From Acutalibacteraceae bacterium (GTDB lineage: Bacteria > Bacillota > Clostridia > Oscillospirales > Acutalibacteraceae), in the NCBI GenBank assembly GCA_045603505.1, contig JAZUMI010000006.1, forward strand, positions 1-61,925: 61,925 bases of DNA. Reading direction: 5' to 3'. The notes beneath the pieces are model-generated. The model saw only the letters and a list, made by a program, of their open reading frames with translations. It was not told where the DNA came from and made no database searches. Shown here piece after piece: positions 37,365 through 46,607 of this stretch. Position numbers and translations under genes: made by a program. How positions within the stretch are numbered: position 1 is the stretch's first letter; each line of letters starts with the position of its first letter.

Positions 37365-38380
37365 AACTCAATCACCCTAAATGCCGCCGCACGAATGAGG
37401 CGGTTATAAACTGCAAGACCCACTCCGTTTTTTTGCGGCGCATGAATGTATACTGCTTTTACGCCTAAACTATCGACTTTTCGCAAAACAGAGAACACAT
37501 TTTTTGCAAGTGTTTTTTCGTTTTCTCCACTACCGTACACCTGTTTTTTAACCTTAATTAAATGGGCTTCCTCACTAAAACATACGGCGCAGCAGTCGCG
37601 CTTTTCATTTATGAAATCAGCAAATTTTTCACTACTTCCCTCAACAAGAATAACGTCCGTTTCAGGTGAATAATGTTTATATTTCATACCTGGAGATGCC
37701 GCTTTTTCTTCGGCACCCAGTTGCTTTAACACGGCGTTATCTATGATTAAATCAGGTAATATTTCTCTTATTTGCTCGGCTGTTACAGCACCTGGGCGAA
37801 GAAGCTTTGGTGGATTAGTGCAAAGCGTTATAACGGTTGATTCAACGCCAACCGAACACTCGCCCGACATAATAACCGCATCTATTTTACCGTTTAAATC
37901 ATCGATAACATGATTTGCGGTTGTTGGACTTGGCTTACCCGAAATATTAGCCGAGGGCGCCGCTAACGGAACACTTTTTCTTATAACATCTCTTGCAATA
38001 TCGTTATTAGGCATACGAATTGCAACAGTATCAAGTCCGCCACAAATACTTTTTGAAATTTTTTCACCCTTTTTGAGCACCATTGTAAAGGGTCCTGGCC
38101 AAAACCTTTCTGCCAACTTATAAGCCATATCCGGTATATTAGATGCAACCTCGCTTAACTGTTTTATATCTGCAATATGGACTATTAAGGGGTTATCCTG
38201 AGGTCTTCCCTTTGCTATAAATATTTTCGAAATAGCATCATCGCAAAAGGCCGATGCGGCAAGTCCGTAAACAGTTTCAGTTGGTATAGCAACAGTTCCG
38301 CCACTTTTTAAAATCTTCGCTGCCACACTTATGCTTTTATCATACTCTTTGCTTGAAACTTCAAGTTTTTTCGTTTCCAT
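37361..38380 (-). CDS. tsaC: L-threonylcarbamoyladenylate synthase (Sua5/YwlC type)
   Basis: IPTETVYGLAASA motif plus a Sua5 C-terminal domain. 339 aa. Confidence 0.9.
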   Translation of the reverse strand: METKKLEVSSKEYDKSISVAAKILKSGGTVAIPTETVYGLAASAFCDDAISKIFIAKGRPQDNPLIVHIADIKQLSEVASNIPDMAYKLAERFWPGPFTMVLKKGEKISKSICGGLDTVAIRMPNNDIARDVIRKSVPLAAPSANISGKPSPTTANHVIDDLNGKIDAVIMSGECSVGVESTVITLCTNPPKLLRPGAVTAEQIREILPDLIIDNAVLKQLGAEEKAASPGMKYKHYSPETDVILVEGSSEKFADFINEKRDCCAVCFSEEAHLIKVKKQVYGSGENEKTLAKNVFSVLRKVDSLGVKAVYIHAPQKNGVGLAVYNRLIRAAAFRVIEL

Positions 38381-38383
38381 AAA

Positions 38384-39463
38384 TTAGTTTCCGTCTTCCT
38401 GCGATTTAAGTGCTTCGGTTCTATAATAGGTTATAAGTGCATCCACCACTTCGTCAAGGTCACCGTTCAAGGTTTGCTCTAACTTATAAATGGTAAGACC
38501 TATTCTATGGTCGGTTATTCTGCCTTGCGGATAATTGTAGGTTCTTATTCTCTCGCTTCTGTCACCCGTTCCAACCTGTGATTTACGGTCAGATGCAATA
38601 GCCTCATCGTGCTCACGTTGCGCCACGTCATAAAGACGTGAACGAAGAATTTTAAGTGCCTTATCCTTATTCTTGAACTGGCTTCTCTCATCCTGACACT
38701 CAACAACCGTACCCGTTGGGATATGAGTAACACGAATTGCTGATGATGTTTTATTTATGTGCTGACCACCCGCACCTGAAGAACGGAAAGTATCAATTTT
38801 AAGGTCAGCAGGATTGATTTCAAGCTCAACTTCATCTGCTTCTGGAAGCACCGCAACAGTAACTGTAGAAGTGTGAATTCTTCCTTGTGTTTCGGTATCT
38901 GGAACACGCTGAACACGGTGAACACCGCTCTCATACTTAAACTTGGAATAAGCGCCGCTACCTTCTATCATAAAACTGATTTCCTTAAAGCCGCCAAGTT
39001 CGGTTTCGTTAGCATTCATAACCTCAACCTTAAAACGCTTGGATTCAGCATACATACTGTACATTCTGAAAAGCGAACCCGCAAAAAGAGCCGCTTCCTC
39101 ACCACCTGCGCCACCACGAATTTCAACAATTACGTTCTTTTCATCATTGGGGTCCTTTGGCAACAGAAGTATTTTGAGTTCATCGGCAAAAACTTCAATA
39201 TCGCTTTTTGCCTGACGTAACTCCTCTTCTACAAGTTCCTTAAAATCTTTATCTAAACCACCCTCATCAAGCAAAGCAAGAGCTTCTTGCTCACTTTCTT
39301 TCGCTTTGGTATATTCACGGAATTTTTCAACTATAGGTGTAAGTTCACTATGCTCCTTCATAAGTTTTCTAAACTGTTCGTTATTAGAAACTACTTCCGG
39401 GCGTGTAAGTTCAACACCTATTTGTTCATAACGGCTTTCTACCGCCTTTAGCTTATCAAACAT
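38384..39463 (-). CDS. prfA: Peptide chain release factor 1
   Basis: GGQHINKT (GGQ) and [17 protein letters not shown]. The probable start is [13 protein letters not shown] at 39463. Confidence 0.95.
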   Translation of the reverse strand: MFDKLKAVESRYEQIGVELTRPEVVSNNEQFRKLMKEHSELTPIVEKFREYTKAKESEQEALALLDEGGLDKDFKELVEEELRQAKSDIEVFADELKILLLPKDPNDEKNVIVEIRGGAGGEEAALFAGSLFRMYSMYAESKRFKVEVMNANETELGGFKEISFMIEGSGAYSKFKYESGVHRVQRVPDTETQGRIHTSTVTVAVLPEADEVELEINPADLKIDTFRSSGAGGQHINKTSSAIRVTHIPTGTVVECQDERSQFKNKDKALKILRSRLYDVAQREHDEAIASDRKSQVGTGDRSERIRTYNYPQGRITDHRIGLTIYKLEQTLNGDLDEVVDALITYYRTEALKSQEDGN

Positions 39464-39647
39464 CGTTTTTCTCTCCAATTACCTTTTTAATGCCTTTTTC
39501 TACCTTTATGCGTGGTAGCATAACCTCTCTGCCGCACCCATCACAGCGGATGCGAAAATCCATACCAATACGAAGGACACTGAATGTATCACATCCGCAA
39601 GGATGTTTTTTCTTCATAACGATTTTTTCTCCAACCGATATATCCAT
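39456..39647 (-). CDS. DUF951-family small protein
   Basis: [46 protein letters not shown] with GGAGGTG upstream. The longer ORF-track start lacks an RBS. Confidence 0.7.
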   Translation of the reverse strand: MDISVGEKIVMKKKHPCGCDTFSVLRIGMDFRIRCDGCGREVMLPRIKVEKGIKKVIGEKNDV

Positions 39648-39790
39648 TTCACACCTCCGCATAATTATACAATATACATTATATCGCAACATACTGTTAA
39701 AATCAACCATTATTTAGTTTACATATACCCCTTGAAGTATTGTTGATAAAATGTTAAAATATTAAATAATAAGAAATTGCGGGGGTTTTT

Positions 39791-40924
39791 ATGAACACTG
39801 TAAAAATTATACACTGTGCGGATATTCATATCGGCGCAGCAGACACTTCACTTGGCTCTCTTGCTCAAAAACGAAGAATAGAAACGCTCATAACCTTTGA
39901 GCGCATTATTGATATCGCAAAGGAAAACGGAGTGCAAATAATAGCACTTGCCGGTGACCTTTTTGATTCAAACAATATCGAAACTACCCTTGTTGAAAGC
40001 GTTTTTGAAAAAATTGCTTCGGCACCCGAAATCAAGGTTGTTTTCTCGGCAGGAAACCATGACCCGCTTGATAGCAACTCTCTTTTTTTAAAACAAAAAT
40101 TGCCTGAAAATTTATATATTTTAAAAACAAGGGATGATTTAATAACGTTCGAAGACTTAAAACTTCGTGTATACGGAAAATCTTTCGAAAACTGTTACCT
40201 TGAGAGCACTGAAACATTTTCCATCACTCCCCCGCATGACGATTACATAAACCTTATGGTAATTCACGGAGAATTAAAGAGTGATGTTCATTCTAATTAC
40301 AATGCAATTACCCCTACATTTGTTAAAACCTGCGGTATGGACTATGTAGCACTCGGTCACATTCACAAACGCAGTGAAATCGGCAAAATGGGAGACACAT
40401 ATTTTGCATATTGCGGTTGTCCCGAAGGACAAGGTTTTGATGAAACGGACGCTAAAGGAATTTTCTTAGGTGAAATTGGAAAAGGTGTTTGTAATCTCGA
40501 ATTTATCGAAACAGGAAAGCGCAAACATATTGTGGAAAAATTCACACTCAACGAAGAACGTACTGCAGAAGAAATCTCATCAAGTATACTCCTATTTTTA
40601 TCACAAAAACACGGTGAAAACTACGCCGAAAACCTTTATAAAATCGAAGTTTTTGGAGAGGTTGAAGAAGATTTTTCTTTACCAAAATCAGAAGTTTGCG
40701 AGAGACTTTGTGAAAGGGTTTTTTATGCTAAAATAAAAGATTTTACACAAGTTTATATCGACCGCCGAACTCTTGCTAACGAGCCGACCTTAAAGGGTAT
40801 TTTCGTTAGAAAAATGCTTGAAAAAATTGATGCGGCCCAAGACTGTGAAAAAGACCTATTAAAAGGCGCGCTCGAAATGGGTATAAAAGCATTTAGCTCA
40901 GAGGTGAATTGGGATGAAAATTAA
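39791..40924 (+). CDS. SbcD/YhaO-like metallophosphoesterase DNA exonuclease
   Basis: Calcineurin-like motifs HCADIHIG, GDLFD, GNHD and GHIH. Translationally coupled to the downstream ATPase. Confidence 0.8.
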   Translation: MNTVKIIHCADIHIGAADTSLGSLAQKRRIETLITFERIIDIAKENGVQIIALAGDLFDSNNIETTLVESVFEKIASAPEIKVVFSAGNHDPLDSNSLFLKQKLPENLYILKTRDDLITFEDLKLRVYGKSFENCYLESTETFSITPPHDDYINLMVIHGELKSDVHSNYNAITPTFVKTCGMDYVALGHIHKRSEIGKMGDTYFAYCGCPEGQGFDETDAKGIFLGEIGKGVCNLEFIETGKRKHIVEKFTLNEERTAEEISSSILLFLSQKHGENYAENLYKIEVFGEVEEDFSLPKSEVCERLCERVFYAKIKDFTQVYIDRRTLANEPTLKGIFVRKMLEKIDAAQDCEKDLLKGALEMGIKAFSSEVNWDEN

Positions 40925-43271
40925 GAACATAAAAATTGATGCTTTTGGAGCGCTCGAAAACTTCTCTCTTGATTTTTCTGATGGTTTTAATGTTATTTAC
41001 GGAGAAAATGAAAACGGTAAAAGTACCGTTATGGCATTCATTAAAATGATGTTTTATGGAGGCAAAGGCGGCTCTAAAATAAAAACTTCTCGTTCAAAAT
41101 ATATTCCTTGGAGTGGTAAGGCTCCGGCAGGCAGTATAACCTTTGAACACAAGGGCAGAAACTACCGAATCGAACGAGAATTTAAGGGTTCAAATTCTAC
41201 AGACAAAGTGTTCCTTTTTGATTTGGATTTGGGCACAAAAACGGTTGCCGCACCTGATGTTGGAAAAGAACTTTTTGGTCTTTCAGAAGGCGCTTTTGAG
41301 CGCAGTATTTTTATAGGCGCACTAACAGGTGAAAGGGGCGACAGTGAGGCAGAGGGTGAAATTAATGCCAAGCTCTCAAATCTTTCAACCGGCGGTGATG
41401 AAGACGTTTCATTCACTAAGGTGTTATCGCGACTTGAAAAGGCAAAATTTGCCCTTACCTCTAAAAAAGGCACTGCGGGAATAATGGATAAAAATACACT
41501 TTTGCTTAAAGACCTTGAAGAGCAATATAGAGATGCATACGAGAAACAAAAAAAAATCGCTGCTCTTAAAAATTCGTCTTATAATATTTCTAAGGATATT
41601 TCAAGCCTCAATAGCGATTTTGAGCAGGTTAAAAAAAAGATTGATGAGTTTGAAAACATCAAAAATGCAGAAAAAATTAAGGAATTTTTAAAGCTTAAAC
41701 AAAACCTTGATGAACTAAAGCAGGGCTTCATCCTTTCGGATGGAAAATTTGTTGATGAAATATTTGTTAACACACTTTCATTTTCTATTGGAAAAATTGA
41801 AAATATAAACCAAAAATTATCACAAAAACGAAACGAAGAAAAACTTCTTCAAGACAATATTGACCTGTTAAATAACCCAACCGAAGATATGACTGAGGAA
41901 AATGCTCAAAAATTATCGGTTGATATTGAAAACAAAAAATCTGAAATTAAAGAAAATGAAACTTGCGTTCTTCGTATGCAGGAAGAGTTAAAGGTAAAAG
42001 AACAAGAGAGCGCCACTTTAATGGATAAGAAAAAGCCCTTTAATCCTTTACTTCTTATAGCAGGAGGATTGTTTATTTCTTCTGCTGTTCTCTTCATCAT
42101 AATTAATCTTTTCAAGGTTGCTGTTCCGCTAGTGTGTGTATCTTTGGCTTTGATAATTTTAAGTTTCATTCTAAAACCTAACGATACAAAACATTCGAGC
42201 AATTTAAATGCCCAAATCTCTGAACTTGCGGAGCAGATTTCCAACGGTAATGCAAAAAAAGAAAAGCTAGCTTTAGAACTACAGATATTAACCGAAAAGT
42301 TAAATGCGATTAATAATGTTCTTACGGGAAACATCGCAGTTATCGAAAAACAAAAAGAAGCGCTTTTTAAATGTCAAGAAGAAATCAACCATATTCTTGC
42401 AATGAAGAGCACGGAAGAAAATAATCTTTTCGCCTTTTTTTCGAAATTGAGAAATGCACAAAACATTAATGAGATTTTAGCGCAATTGCCCGCCCTTACG
42501 GAATTTACCAAAAAACAAAAAGAAATCAAGCAACAGCTCAACTATTTAAGCCGCGATTTGGGTAACATTTCATACGAGCAAGCAAATGAAATTCTTGCGA
42601 AATCAGAACAAGCCAACGAGCCGTTAAATACCGATATTTCAGAGCTTAACGATAATTTTGAAAAAATTTCAACCCTTATTGCAGATAAAAAAAGCTCTCA
42701 TTCATCGCTTATAACTGAAATTAAGCTTCTTGAACGAAGCACACTTAATCCTGATACTTTATACGGTCAAATAAGCGAACTGAAAGAAAAAATTGCTTTA
42801 CAACAAAACTATTGCAATCAATGTGATTTAGCTATCGAAATCCTAAAGGATAGCTTTGTTGAGCTTAGAAAAAATTATGGCAATGTATTAGAGAAAAAGA
42901 GTGCCGAAATCTTAAGCCAATTAACTCTTGGCGAATACACTGATATGAGCATTTCAAATTCTTTTGATATTAACGTTGAAAAAAAGGATGTTTTCGGACA
43001 AAAAGAAATTGATTATTTAAGTGCGGGAACTGCCGACCAGGCATATCTTAGCTTAAGACTTGCTCTCGCTTCTTTAATGGAATTAGGGGTTTCATTGCCC
43101 ATTCTTCTTGATGACCCATTCATTCAATATGATGACACAAGAACGCTAAAAGCGCTCGAATTTTTAAATTCTTTTGCAAGTGAACATCAGGTTATTCTCT
43201 TCACTTGCCACAAGTATATTACAGAAAATACGGAAAATCTGACTTGTGTTGTTTCTGCACTTATTAAATAA
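40914..43271 (+). CDS. YhaN/SbcC-like Rad50-family ATPase with a central hydrophobic hairpin
   Basis: Walker A GENENGKST, long coiled-coil-like regions, C-terminal LSAGTADQ signature and ILLDDPF Walker B. Two hydrophobic segments lie at roughly residues 375-422. Confidence 0.75.
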   Translation: MKIKNIKIDAFGALENFSLDFSDGFNVIYGENENGKSTVMAFIKMMFYGGKGGSKIKTSRSKYIPWSGKAPAGSITFEHKGRNYRIEREFKGSNSTDKVFLFDLDLGTKTVAAPDVGKELFGLSEGAFERSIFIGALTGERGDSEAEGEINAKLSNLSTGGDEDVSFTKVLSRLEKAKFALTSKKGTAGIMDKNTLLLKDLEEQYRDAYEKQKKIAALKNSSYNISKDISSLNSDFEQVKKKIDEFENIKNAEKIKEFLKLKQNLDELKQGFILSDGKFVDEIFVNTLSFSIGKIENINQKLSQKRNEEKLLQDNIDLLNNPTEDMTEENAQKLSVDIENKKSEIKENETCVLRMQEELKVKEQESATLMDKKKPFNPLLLIAGGLFISSAVLFIIINLFKVAVPLVCVSLALIILSFILKPNDTKHSSNLNAQISELAEQISNGNAKKEKLALELQILTEKLNAINNVLTGNIAVIEKQKEALFKCQEEINHILAMKSTEENNLFAFFSKLRNAQNINEILAQLPALTEFTKKQKEIKQQLNYLSRDLGNISYEQANEILAKSEQANEPLNTDISELNDNFEKISTLIADKKSSHSSLITEIKLLERSTLNPDTLYGQISELKEKIALQQNYCNQCDLAIEILKDSFVELRKNYGNVLEKKSAEILSQLTLGEYTDMSISNSFDINVEKKDVFGQKEIDYLSAGTADQAYLSLRLALASLMELGVSLPILLDDPFIQYDDTRTLKALEFLNSFASEHQVILFTCHKYITENTENLTCVVSALIK

Positions 43272-43328
43272 TTTTGTATATAATAACTTAAGTAATAAAC
43301 AAAATACCCAAATTTCACATTTTTACAC

Positions 43329-43357
43329 TTGAAATTTTTCTTCTTTTAGTTTATAAT
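43329..43357 (+). promoter_or_regulatory. Sigma-A-type promoter of the Wzz / BY-kinase / phosphatase operon
   Basis: TTGAAA - 17 nt - TATAAT. Confidence 0.6.
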
Positions 43358-43394
43358 GGATATGTTTGCAATTCGTAATGAAAAGAGGATTATA

Positions 43395-44147
43395 ATGAAC
43401 GAAATTTCACTGTCCCAAATTTTTAAACTTATATTAAAAAGATTGTGGATAATTATTCTCGTTGCCATCGTGTTAGGTTCGGCAGTCTTTTGTTTCTTTG
43501 AATTCGCGGTATCTCCGCGTTTCCGTGCAAAAGGCTCTCTTATGGTAACAAACGGTGCAATCACTGCACAGAACGATTATACAGGTTCAAAAATCAGCAG
43601 TACTGATATCACCGCTTCTTTAGCACTTTCTGATACAGTTACTGATATTTTAAGCACACCTGACCTTTTTAAATTGTTATCAAACAACACGGGTAATAAA
43701 CTTTCATATACTCAGCTTTCAAATTCTTGCACTATCCAACGCAGAAACGATAGCACACTCTTCATAGATGTTTTCTTTACTGCTTCAACACGCGAAGAGG
43801 CAATTGAACTTACCAATACATTTCTTTCCCTTGCTCCTGAATATATTTCAAAATATCTTCCCGATTCACGCTCGAATGTAGCAACAGGTGCAGATAAAGC
43901 CACACAGGTTTATCCACAATCTGCTTTCTATGCAATTATCGGTGCGCTTATTGGTGCTCTTTTAACATTTGGTATTGCTTTCGTTATCGATATGCTTGAT
44001 AACACTATTAAAGGCGAGGAATATTTCAAAAATAATTTTGATATTCCGTTGCTCGGCGCTATTCCCGATTTTGAAAACTACGGTATAGCAAATTACACCT
44101 ATAAATCAAATACTGATAAAGGAGGAAATGAAAATGTCAGCAAATAA
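43395..44147 (+). CDS. Wzz/CpsC/YwqC-type chain-length determinant (BY-kinase transmembrane modulator)
   Basis: N- and C-terminal TM helices flank a ~180-aa extracytoplasmic domain. The start is MNEISLSQIF with AAGAGGA upstream. Confidence 0.85.
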   Translation: MNEISLSQIFKLILKRLWIIILVAIVLGSAVFCFFEFAVSPRFRAKGSLMVTNGAITAQNDYTGSKISSTDITASLALSDTVTDILSTPDLFKLLSNNTGNKLSYTQLSNSCTIQRRNDSTLFIDVFFTASTREEAIELTNTFLSLAPEYISKYLPDSRSNVATGADKATQVYPQSAFYAIIGALIGALLTFGIAFVIDMLDNTIKGEEYFKNNFDIPLLGAIPDFENYGIANYTYKSNTDKGGNENVSK

Positions 44148-44958
44148 AATTCATACTCCTGCCAGTAAAAATGTTATTATATCCTCAAACAACCCTCAAA
44201 ACATTGCTAAGCGCGTTCCCTTTGCAGTTGTAGAGGCTTATAAAACTATCAGAACAAATATCCTTTTCCTTATTGCACAAAACAACGGAAAGGTTATTTC
44301 TCTTTCGAGTGCGGATGCAGGTGAAGGTAAGTCAACTACTTCTATAAACCTTGCAGTTTCATTTGCTCAACTCAACAAAAAAGTTTTGCTTGTTGATGCT
44401 GATATGCGCCGTTCCTCAATCCATAAAAAGCTCAAGCTTTCTAACGAGAACGGTCTTTCAAATCTACTTGCAGGTTTTGCTTCTCTCGAAGAAACAACCT
44501 TCAAATATACAGATTATCTTGATATTATAACTGCTGGCCCTATCCCTCCGAATCCATCCGAATTATTAAGTTCGGCTGCTTTCGAGAGTTTTGTTGAAGC
44601 AGTTAAGGAAAAATACGATTATGTATTTATAGATACTCCACCTATAAATATAGTTTCGGATACCTTGGTTCTAGCTCCTAAAACCGATGGTCTTATATTA
44701 CTCGTTCGTAATGGATACACTCCTCACGATGAGTTTGAAGAGGCTCTTGCTTCCGCCAAGATGGCAAACATCAACGTTATGGGCGCAATTATGAACGGAA
44801 CCAATCCTGATGAAAGCCGTTACTTCAAATACAAGTATAAATACAGATACAGATATAGATACGGTAGATATGGCAGATACGGCAAGGCGGGTAAATACAA
44901 GAGTTATAATTACGGCAAAAAGGTAAGCCCTAATTATGAATATAAAAAATACGATTAA
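44128..44958 (+). CDS. CpsD/YwqD-type bacterial tyrosine kinase with an unusually long Tyr/Lys/Arg tail
   Basis: Walker A SADAGEGKSTTSINLA, A' LLVDADMRR, B YVFIDTPP. The C-terminus is YFKYKYKYRYRYRYGRYGRYGKAGKYKSYNYGKKVSPNYEYKKYD. The start may instead be the ATG at 44134. Confidence 0.9.
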   Translation: MKMSANKIHTPASKNVIISSNNPQNIAKRVPFAVVEAYKTIRTNILFLIAQNNGKVISLSSADAGEGKSTTSINLAVSFAQLNKKVLLVDADMRRSSIHKKLKLSNENGLSNLLAGFASLEETTFKYTDYLDIITAGPIPPNPSELLSSAAFESFVEAVKEKYDYVFIDTPPINIVSDTLVLAPKTDGLILLVRNGYTPHDEFEEALASAKMANINVMGAIMNGTNPDESRYFKYKYKYRYRYRYGRYGRYGKAGKYKSYNYGKKVSPNYEYKKYD

Positions 44959-44977
44959 TATAATCTAACAAAATCTT

Positions 44978-45013
44978 GCCGCAACAATGCTTTTGTATTG
45001 TTGCGGCTTTTTT
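44978..45013 (+). terminator. Rho-independent terminator (possible attenuator) between kinase and phosphatase genes
   Basis: 11-bp stem GCCGCAACAAT/ATTGTTGCGGC with an 8-nt loop, followed by TTTTTT. Confidence 0.75.
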
Positions 45014-45042
45014 GTAATAACAATTATTAAAGGTAACCAAAT

Positions 45043-45783
45043 ATGAAAACACTTGATATTCACTCACATATTCTCCCATCGGTTGATGATGGACCTATCG
45101 ATATTGAAGAGACTATTGAAATTCTTTCTGCAATGAAAAATCAAGGTATTACCGATGTTATTGCCACACCCCATTTTGTTGCTACGCAAGAAAATCTTGA
45201 GGAGTACATTTCAAAGGTTAACACTGCATATAATCTTGTAAAAGAAACGTGCAAAAATAAAGATTTGCCAAACATATTCTTAGGCAGTGAAGTATTTTAT
45301 TTCAGAGGAATTGGCAAAATTCACTCAATAAAAAACTTATCTCTTGGTAACTCTAATAATATACTCTTAGAATTACCTTTTTGCACACTGAATGAAAGCA
45401 TATTATCCGATATAAGAGATATTTCAGATAATCTTGGAATAACACCAATCATTGCTCATATCGAACGTTATGCACACCTGCGAGGTTTTAAGAATTTGCT
45501 GAAACTTATTTCTGAAGGCACGGTTTTAGCACAAATAAACTGTGCTGCTATTTTGGACCCACATTATAAAAAAGTTATTCCAAAACTTATAAACGGCAAT
45601 TATATTTCTTTTCTCGCTACAGATACACATTCTATCAATAAACGTCCACCATTAATGGATAAAGCGCTAAAAGAAATTGAAGAAAAGTTTGGCGCCCATA
45701 TAAAAGAACTATTTATTGAAAATTCCGTACAACTATATAATCAACTTAACACAGGAGAATTAATTTGCAATCTAAAACCTTAA
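45043..45783 (+). CDS. CpsB/YwqE-type PHP-family protein-tyrosine phosphatase
   Basis: DIHSHILPSVDDGP N-terminal motif and the ATPH and TDTH metal motifs. Confidence 0.9.
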   Translation: MKTLDIHSHILPSVDDGPIDIEETIEILSAMKNQGITDVIATPHFVATQENLEEYISKVNTAYNLVKETCKNKDLPNIFLGSEVFYFRGIGKIHSIKNLSLGNSNNILLELPFCTLNESILSDIRDISDNLGITPIIAHIERYAHLRGFKNLLKLISEGTVLAQINCAAILDPHYKKVIPKLINGNYISFLATDTHSINKRPPLMDKALKEIEEKFGAHIKELFIENSVQLYNQLNTGELICNLKP

Positions 45784-46586
45784 ACATTATAAAGAATGGC
45801 AATATAAAATATATAACATTTCCTAAACTTCAGGCACATAGCGAGATATGCCATCTTTTTTCAACACGCCTTGGTGGAGTAAGTGAAGGAAGATACAAAT
45901 CAATGAATCTTTCTTTCAATAATGGAGATAAAAGAGAGAATGTGCTTGAGAACTATAAAATAATTTGCAATGAAATCGGCATCAATATAAACAATCTTGT
46001 TTTAAGTAAACAAACCCACACCAACAATGTTTTGGTTGTTGATGAAAGCCACCGAGGTACAGGCATCTTTAAGGATGAATTTTGTGATATTGACGGACTT
46101 ATAACTAACTGCCCCCAAGTTGCTCTTGTAACACAGTATGCCGATTGTACTCCCCTTTTGTTCTTTGACCCTGTAGAAAAAGTCATTGCATCCTCCCATG
46201 CAGGTTGGCGCGGCACCGCTTTAGAAATAGGGAGGGTAACCGTTGAAAAAATGCATTCTCATTTTGGTTGTTTACCGGAAAATATTATTATTGGTATAGG
46301 ACCTTGTATTAACAACTGTTGTTACGAAGTAGATGACCCTGTTTTTAACGAATATAAAAAAATACCAAATCTCAATTTAGACAAGGTATTTGTAAAAAAG
46401 GCAAACGGCAGATATATGCTTGATAATGCTCTTGCGAACTTTGAAATATTAGTAAATGCGGGTATTAACCCTCAAAATATTGATATTTCTGATATTTGTA
46501 CAAACTGCAATGCGGATGAACTCCACTCTCACCGTGCAACAAAGGGTGAACGTGGAAACTTAGCCGCAATAATTCAACTTAAATAA
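45765..46586 (+). CDS. pgeF: YfiH/PgeF (DUF152) peptidoglycan editing factor / laccase-domain protein
   Basis: THTNNV, YADCTP and SHAGWRG motifs. TTG start with AGGAGA 6 nt upstream. Confidence 0.85.
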   Translation: MQSKTLNIIKNGNIKYITFPKLQAHSEICHLFSTRLGGVSEGRYKSMNLSFNNGDKRENVLENYKIICNEIGININNLVLSKQTHTNNVLVVDESHRGTGIFKDEFCDIDGLITNCPQVALVTQYADCTPLLFFDPVEKVIASSHAGWRGTALEIGRVTVEKMHSHFGCLPENIIIGIGPCINNCCYEVDDPVFNEYKKIPNLNLDKVFVKKANGRYMLDNALANFEILVNAGINPQNIDISDICTNCNADELHSHRATKGERGNLAAIIQLK

Positions 46587-46607
46587 TATAGAGATGAGGA
46601 ATCTTTT

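Noticed and set aside
39711-39790. Searched for a LexA (Cheo-box, GAAC-N4-GTTC-type) operator upstream of the nuclease/ATPase pair
   Set aside because: None is visible. Only a TTGAAG-17-TAAAAT promoter-like element is present, so SOS control cannot be claimed from sequence.
41906-42334. 142-aa minus-strand ORF (other minus-strand ORFs occur at 41162-41773)
   Set aside because: These are shadow ORFs inside the AT-rich, Lys/Glu-rich coiled-coil region of the Rad50-like ATPase gene.
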